A stretch of 64,000 nucleotides of DNA from Vicinamibacterales bacterium (lineage in GTDB: Bacteria; Acidobacteriota; Vicinamibacteria; Vicinamibacterales; CAVVIG01). The notes beneath the pieces are model-generated. The model had not been told where the DNA came from. It searched no databases and saw only the letters and a program-made list of their open reading frames with translations. How positions within the stretch are numbered: position 1 is the first letter of the stretch; every line of letters begins with the position of its first letter. The stretch is from the NCBI GenBank assembly GCA_965197865.1, contig CBDANZ010000002.1:72758-136757 (forward strand), written 5' to 3'. This document shows, piece by piece, positions 58,693-64,000 of the stretch. Both the position numbers and the translations under genes were made by a program.

Positions 58693-59394
58693 CGCCGGCG
58701 GCCGCAAGTCGTCAGCTGACACAAACCCTCCTGCTAACGCGCTGGCGCTGACTTTCTTCGTATCTCCCAAGACACCAACGCCCCGGCCAACGGCAGCATT
58801 CGGCATCTGCCGCTGGCGGATGCTATAGCTGCGGACGATGTTTCCTGTTTTCGCATCCACAAAGAAACGCACGCTGTCGGCTAAACTCGCAACCTCACCC
58901 ACCCATGCCAGTCGAAACTGCCCACCGTCTGTCGGCAGAATGACGAGTTCTGGTAGACGGTCAGCGCCTAGCAGTGCGCGGCCGGCACGCTCAATCGCTG
59001 CCTTCGCTTCCTGGCTCGTCAGTGTCGGAGTGGTGTCGATGTTGACGTCCACATACAGCGTGCCAAAGACAGAAACAGCTAGCAGGCCATCAAGTTGGCG
59101 ACTAAGGCTACCGCCCCAGACGCGGACACCCTTGTAGTACTGATCGAGTTGCTCAATGGTGCGCCCAGGCAGCAAGGCGTCCTCTCGCTGCAGGCGGACC
59201 CTTAGTTCTTCTGTACGCAACATGCTGTTAACAGTGTTGTCCCATACGCGCACGTTGTCGTCGCTTGTCGCCGCAATCGTGCGCACCCGTGCTTGTCCTT
59301 GGACCACGTGCTGCCTCAAGACAACTGTCGAGGCAACTATCACAATGACCGCGGAACTACCAATGACCCTTTGAAACCGCATGCTGTTCCTCAT
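58693..59394 (-). pseudogene. M4 (thermolysin-like) metalloprotease, 5' part: signal, FTP/PepSY-type propeptide and start of the mature region
   Basis: MRNSMRFQRVIGSSAVIVIVAS...TLTSQEAKAAIERAG...GRGVGVLGDTKKVSASALAGGFVSADDLRPPA. The reading then runs into the IS256 end (GDVPLAVEI, stop). Confidence 0.8.
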
Positions 59395-59415
59395 GTTGCC
59401 TCTGAGAGGACCGGC

Positions 59416-60844
59416 GGGGATGTCCCTCTAGCTGTTGAAATTTAAAGCGGCGGCTCCCTGCTGGTCGTGATAGACGGCCGGTGGGAAAACCTGGGGCTGA
59501 AGCCCCCAGAAAGGAGCCGCCATGAAGAAGTTTGGCACAGGCGTTCGTGGGCGCCAATCAGCATTGCCGGCACCACGGCACCTTCCATTGGTCGACATCC
59601 TGGTCGATGCACAGGCCGAGCTCCAAGAGCTGGTCGTCGCGTCGGGCCTGAAGGTCCTCGCGGCGATGTTGGAAGCGGATCGCGTGGCCGTGTGCGGTCC
59701 GCGGTATGCGCATCAGCCCGCGCGGCGGGCGTCTCGGGCGGGCCATGCGCCCAGCGAAGTCGTGCTGGGGGGCCGCAAGGTCGCCCTGCGTCGGCCGCGG
59801 GTGCGGCGCGACGGGCAGGAGGTCGCGCTGCCATCCGTCCAGGCCTTTACGAACACGGATCCGCTCACCCGGCGCGTGGTCGAACAGATGCTCATCGGCG
59901 TGGCCACGCGCCAGTATGGCCGGAGTCTAGAACCGCTGGGGGCCGACGTCCGCACGCGGGGCACAAGCAAGAGTGCCGTGAGTCGGCGGTTTGTGGCGCA
60001 GACGCAGGCGCAACTCGATGCGTGGCGGGCAACGCCGCTCGACGACCTCGAGCTGGTGGCGCTACTGATCGATGGGGTCCACGTCGGCGGCCACTGCATC
60101 GTCGTGGCGCTGGGCCTCGATAAAACGGGCGCCAAACACCCGCTGGGCCTCTGGGAAGGGTCAGCGGAGAACACGACCGTGTGTCAGGGCTTGCTGACCA
60201 ATCTGCAGAGCCGTGGGCTGCGGACCGACCGCAGTCTGCTCGTCATCCTCGATGGAGCGCAAGCGCTCCACACTGCGGTGATGCAGACCTTCGGCCCCGC
60301 AGCCCTGGTACAACGATGCCAGGTGCATAAACGGCGCAACGTGCTCGAGTATCTGCCCGAGGCCCAGCGTCCGTGGGTGAAGGCGACCCTCACGCGCGCC
60401 TATACGCACACCGACATCAAGGCGGCCCGGCGCTTGTTGCAGGACTTGGCCCGGCGGGTGGACGTCGATTATCCGAGTGCAGCCGCCAGCATACGGGAAG
60501 GGCTCGACGAGACGCTCACCGTAGTCGAGTTGCCGCTCTCGGAGCGGCTCCGCCGATCGCTGGCGACGACCAACGCCGTCGAGAGCCTCCTGAGCCGGAC
60601 ACGCCACGTGAAGCGGAACGTGAAACGCTGGCGCGGGGGTACGATGGTGCTCCGCTGGGTCGCTGCCGGTGTGCTGGAAGCGGCCAAAGGATTCCGGCGG
60701 GTGAAGGGGTGTAAGGACATGCCCGTGCTGGTCGCCGCGTTGCGAGCACGTGACGCTCAGCTGGGGCTCGATGAATCGTCGGGGATGGTTGCGTAGTCGT
60801 CACCCGAGCCGCCGCTGAATTTCAACAGCGGATGGGACAAGCCC
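59416..60844 (+). mobile_element. IS256-family element (type a), copy B, 1429 bp, inverted relative to copy A
   Basis: It has the same termini as copy A. The flanks are GGACCGGC (59408..59415) and CGCCGGCG (60845..60852). Confidence 0.9.
59522..60796 (+). CDS. IS256-family transposase, 424 aa
   Basis: Identical to 57312..58586 except for one residue. Confidence 0.92.
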   Translation: MKKFGTGVRGRQSALPAPRHLPLVDILVDAQAELQELVVASGLKVLAAMLEADRVAVCGPRYAHQPARRASRAGHAPSEVVLGGRKVALRRPRVRRDGQEVALPSVQAFTNTDPLTRRVVEQMLIGVATRQYGRSLEPLGADVRTRGTSKSAVSRRFVAQTQAQLDAWRATPLDDLELVALLIDGVHVGGHCIVVALGLDKTGAKHPLGLWEGSAENTTVCQGLLTNLQSRGLRTDRSLLVILDGAQALHTAVMQTFGPAALVQRCQVHKRRNVLEYLPEAQRPWVKATLTRAYTHTDIKAARRLLQDLARRVDVDYPSAAASIREGLDETLTVVELPLSERLRRSLATTNAVESLLSRTRHVKRNVKRWRGGTMVLRWVAAGVLEAAKGFRRVKGCKDMPVLVAALRARDAQLGLDESSGMVA

Positions 60845-61069
60845 CGCCGGCGCTGAACACATATGACATGCGGTCGAATCTGACGCGTGTTGTGCGGTTT
60901 CTGAATGGCCTGATACCGCTATTCCCGAGTGATCTTGGTACTGATTCCGACAACGATTGGACAGATGCAGCAGTGGTAGATGCTCACGCGTATACGGGCT
61001 ACACCTACGATTATTATTTTGAACGATTTAGCCGTCGCGGTCTCGACAATGCGAATATTCGGATCCTAA
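60845..61069 (+). pseudogene. M4 metalloprotease, second fragment
   Basis: (PPA)LNTYDMRSNLTRVVRFLNG...DNDWTDAAVVDAHAYTGYTYDYYFERFSRRGLDNANIRIL matches the thermolysin N-domain pattern. It continues the 5' part across the CGCCGGCG duplication. Confidence 0.8.
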
Positions 61070-62550
61070 CAGTCTGTGTTTAAACCCTGCGATTCACGCG
61101 GCGACGGGTAGCAGCTCAAAACAATGACGCGGCGACGACCCCGGCGATCGATCAACGAATCTTGGTTCATGGTTCCCCCAGAGAGCGCCGAGGCGCGCCC
61201 ATACGGCGATGAAGACAGCCAAGACGCCTGCGGCGCGGCCCTGCAAGCGCCGTGGCGTGCCGATGCCGAGGCACTGGCGCATCGCGAGCCCCAAGTTGAA
61301 GCCGCCGCCATGAATCAGTAGACGCTTCAAGATGTTGTCGTGTCCCCGCAAGTGCGTGCGTCGCATCCCGCCGGTCTCATAGAGGTGGGCAAACGATCGC
61401 TCGGCGAGTTCCGCCCGTCGCCGCCGCAAGCGTCGCCCGCGGGCGCCCCGGAGACGGCGGCGATTCCCATGGACGGGCGCGTACGCATCCGGCGCGTCGG
61501 ACCAATCGCGCCGGCCACGGTCGGGTTCCGAAATGTACGACCGCAGACCCACCGCAGCCAGGTCTACCATCGTCTCGTTGCTGTGATAGCCCTTGTCCGC
61601 GACGATGTCCTCCAACCTCCCGCGCGCGTCGGTCGTCGCGTGCGCGGCTTCCACCTGTTCGGCCGCCGTGATCGCCGTCGTGACAAGCGTCCTCGTGTCG
61701 CCCTGATCGGCGCCCTGCACCGTCACCGCGACCAACGCGCCGCTCTCCAGATCGATCGCATGCTCGGCTTTGTGCGCCAAGTGCGTCTGGCCGTCTTTCA
61801 TTTTCGCGACCTTCGCATCAGGATCGCTGGGGCTGGTCCACTCGCTGTTCGAGGTTTTCTTCTTCCGCGTGCGATCAAACCGCGCCAAGACTTCGCGCGT
61901 CGGCGTCTTGATCCCCGAGGCGGCGGCGAGGCGGGTCAGATACGCCTGGTAGGCTTCCCCCGTGTCCCGGCGCACGATACTCCGCATGGCGGCGTTGGCC
62001 TCCAACGTCGTCGCGTCGATCGCGATCGTCCGGCCCTTCAACAGGCCGGCGGCCGCCAGGCGCTGCTGGACCCACGTGAACACCGCCCGGTGCGTCTCCA
62101 CATCGATCACGCGGCGGGTGCGCGAAATCGTCGAGTGATCCGGGGCCGCCTCCTCCAGCCCGAGTCGCAGGAAGCTCCGCACCGCCAGCGAGTCCGCCGC
62201 ACGCCATGCGATGCCGCGCTCCGAATCGATGCCTTCGAAGTACCCAACCAGCAACAAGCGGAAGTAGCGACCGGGCGCCAGACTCGGGCGGCCCAACACC
62301 GGCGCGTAGAAGGATCGACAGGCGTCTTCCACGAAGGTGTCGAAGCCGTCGGCATCCAGCAACGCATTCAAGCGCGTGTAGAACGGATGCCCAGGCGAGA
62401 CCGGCAGATCCGACGCGGCAATCCACAACGGAGGTTGTTCGGGGTCGCGGGTGCCCATGGCCATGCGCCACAGTGTAAGGAGCGGGATCGATCCTGTCGA
62501 TCCCCTCGCCAATAACAAGGGGCTGCTCGATCGACTTTCACCACGGGCTG
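61070..62550 (-). mobile_element. IS5-superfamily element, copy 2 (1481 bp), CTAA duplication
   Basis: CTAA lies at 61066..61069 and 62551..62554. Removing the IS plus one CTAA (1485 nt, 3x495) restores the M4 frame ...NIRILSLVHPV.... Confidence 0.88.
61094..62464 (-). CDS. IS5/IS1182-type DDE transposase (456 aa)
   Basis: The amino-acid sequence is identical to 40178..41548 as far as it was read. The nucleotide differences seen are synonymous (for example GGC/GGT). Confidence 0.9.
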   Translation of the reverse strand: MAMGTRDPEQPPLWIAASDLPVSPGHPFYTRLNALLDADGFDTFVEDACRSFYAPVLGRPSLAPGRYFRLLLVGYFEGIDSERGIAWRAADSLAVRSFLRLGLEEAAPDHSTISRTRRVIDVETHRAVFTWVQQRLAAAGLLKGRTIAIDATTLEANAAMRSIVRRDTGEAYQAYLTRLAAASGIKTPTREVLARFDRTRKKKTSNSEWTSPSDPDAKVAKMKDGQTHLAHKAEHAIDLESGALVAVTVQGADQGDTRTLVTTAITAAEQVEAAHATTDARGRLEDIVADKGYHSNETMVDLAAVGLRSYISEPDRGRRDWSDAPDAYAPVHGNRRRLRGARGRRLRRRRAELAERSFAHLYETGGMRRTHLRGHDNILKRLLIHGGGFNLGLAMRQCLGIGTPRRLQGRAAGVLAVFIAVWARLGALWGNHEPRFVDRSPGSSPRHCFELLPVAA

Positions 62551-62722
62551 CTAAGCCTCGTGCATCCGGTACAAAGGCAGGACGTCTTCGACGCTCCACT
62601 GGATGTGCTTTTCAGTTTCTACCTAAACGCCTTCTATTCGCATCGATCTGGAGTGATGGTCTATGGCGAAGGTCTGCCCAGCGGCGTGTACTTCGCGGGT
62701 CAACACTGGAATTACCTTTCTG
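62551..62722 (+). pseudogene. M4 metalloprotease, third fragment
   Basis: SLVHPVQRQDVFDAPLDVLFSFYLNAFYSHRSGVMVYGEGLPSGVYFAGQHWNYLSG follows the NAF...M.YGDG pattern. It is cut before the HExxH by the next IS256-family element. Confidence 0.7.
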
Positions 62723-64000
62723 GGGGAGTGAGTGCTAGTCTCAGTTGAAATTCGGGGGGCGACCCCGTATAGGAATGAGCGTTCCGCCAAGAACGGCACA
62801 TTCCAGGAGGTCACCACCCAGGGCGCGCAAAGTACGACAGATGCGAGGAAAAGGAAGCCACATCGGCCTGGTGCCGGTACCGTCGATGGCGGCCCCGGAC
62901 CTGGACACGCGCATTGCGTTGATCCAGGCGCTGATTCCGGTGGCGCTCGAGAAGGTGCACGTCGAGTGGCAGGCCGATGTGGAGCGGCTCGCTGGCGAGC
63001 GGTATGTGCGGGAGGGCCGGCGGCTGGGCCGCGTGCGCTGAACGGCGCAACGGGGGTCGATTTACTTGGCCGATCAGAAGATTCCGCTCGCGGTGCCGCG
63101 GGTGCGCGATCGCCTGCGGAACCAGGAGGTGCCGCTGCCCACCTACGAGCGGTTGCAGGCACCGCGCACCCGCGACGCCGGGCTGCTGCACAAGGTCCTC
63201 GGCGGCTTGTCCACCCGAGAATACGAGCGGTGCGCGGAGGCGGTCCCGGAGGCCTTCGGCTTGAGCGCCTCGACGGTGTCGCGTCGCTTCAAGCGGGCCA
63301 GTGCGCGAAAGCTGCAGGAACGGCTGGAACGGCGCCTCGACCGCGACGACGTGGTCGCCCTGCTCCTCGACGGCAAGACGTTTGCGGAGGATGAGAGGGT
63401 CGCGGCCGTCGGCATCACGATCACCGGGGAGAAAGTGCTCCTCGGGTTCGTGCAAACGGCCACCGAGAATCGGAAGGTCTGTGCGGCATTCCTCCGCGAG
63501 CTCGTGGACCGCGGGCTGCGCACGGACCTCGGCCTCCTCGTCGTGACCGACGGCGCCAAAGGGTTGCACGCGGCGGTCCGCGAGGTGTTCGGGACGGCGG
63601 CCCGGCTGCAGCGCTGTCAGTGGCATAAGCGCGAGAATGTCCTGGCCTATCTTCCGGAGCGTCACCGGCCGACCCTGCGCCGGAAGCTGCAGGCGGCGTA
63701 TGAGCAGCCGACGTACGAGGCCGCCAAGCGCGCGCTGGGAAAGGTCCGCGCCGAACGGGTCCTTCTCAATGCCTCCGCAGTGGCGAGCTTGGACGAGGGC
63801 CTGGAGGAGACGCTCACCCTTCATCACCTCGGCGTCTTTCGCGAGCTGGGCACGAGCTTGAAAACGACCAGTGCGCTCGAGTCGATCCACGCCCGTGTCG
63901 AGAGCCGCATCGCCAAGGTCGATCACTGGAAGAACAGCGAGCAGAAGCAGCGCTGGTTGGCCACCGCATTGCTCGATCTCGAGCCGCGGCTGCACCGCAT
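62723..64000 (+). mobile_element. IS256-family element (type c), runs off the window; transposase has an in-frame TGA at 63039..63041
   Basis: IRL-like GGGGAGTGAGTGCTAGTCTCAGTTGAAATTCGGGG. The frame from 62745 reads ...DLDTRIALIQALIPVALEKV...GRRLGRVR, stop, TAQRGSIYLADQKIPLAVPRVR...LLLDGKTFAEDE...LVVTDGAKGLHAAV...LQRCQWHKRENVLAYLPE. It stays open to the window end (checked codon by codon to about 63360). Confidence 0.8.

Overview
High-GC (roughly two-thirds G+C by eye) bacterial chromosome segment. All calls come from reading the sequence and ORF translations by eye; no searches were run. The taxon is not determinable here; gene content and REP style would fit a soil Acidobacteriota- or Gemmatimonadota-like organism, which is inference only. 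Two halves: (1) 2.3-36.6 kb is mostly ordinary chromosome. It holds tRNA-Pro and a large minus-strand envelope cluster: alpha/beta hydrolase, DUF4175-like giant, BatA-like, DUF58, MoxR ATPase, DUF4159-like, a clan-CD peptidase-like protein with Ser at the nucleophile position, and a VWA membrane protein. It also holds rdgB, rph, GerMN, an amidase, a signal-peptide-bearing TldD/PmbA pair, a permease, a crotonase plus CoA-transferase, an MFS transporter, pcm, an AsmA gene with an in-frame TAG, a cytochrome c/cupredoxin-like cluster, DUF3014 and a frameshifted CDGSH protein. Decayed remnants (AbiEii-like toxin, Fe-S oxidase, Ser/Thr kinase) and GTAG-headed REP-like hairpins are scattered through it. 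(2) 0-2.3 kb and 36.6-64 kb are mobile-element graveyards around tRNA-Pro, tRNA-Lys and two tRNA-Arg genes. They contain two inverted copies of an IS110-family (IS1111-like) element, two inverted IS5-type copies plus a related MITE, two IS903-like elements plus a fragment, and IS6, IS630 and IS3 (IS407-like, A7G slippery site) elements. They also contain four IS256-family elements of three kinds, two integrase remnants and a duplicated tRNA-Lys 3' half. Most interesting observations: the IS1111-like element sits at a fixed offset inside the terminal inverted repeat of the IS5-type MITE at two loci, and it has a long 3' non-coding end carrying sequences that span the target site (candidate bridge RNA). 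An IS256-mediated inversion can be proven from crosswise-matching target duplications inside an M4 metalloprotease gene. That gene has four ISs inside its coding sequence and a fifth about 60 bp upstream. DUF262/DUF1524 defence-gene halves flank a 1068-aa outer-membrane protease/propeller/barrel gene.
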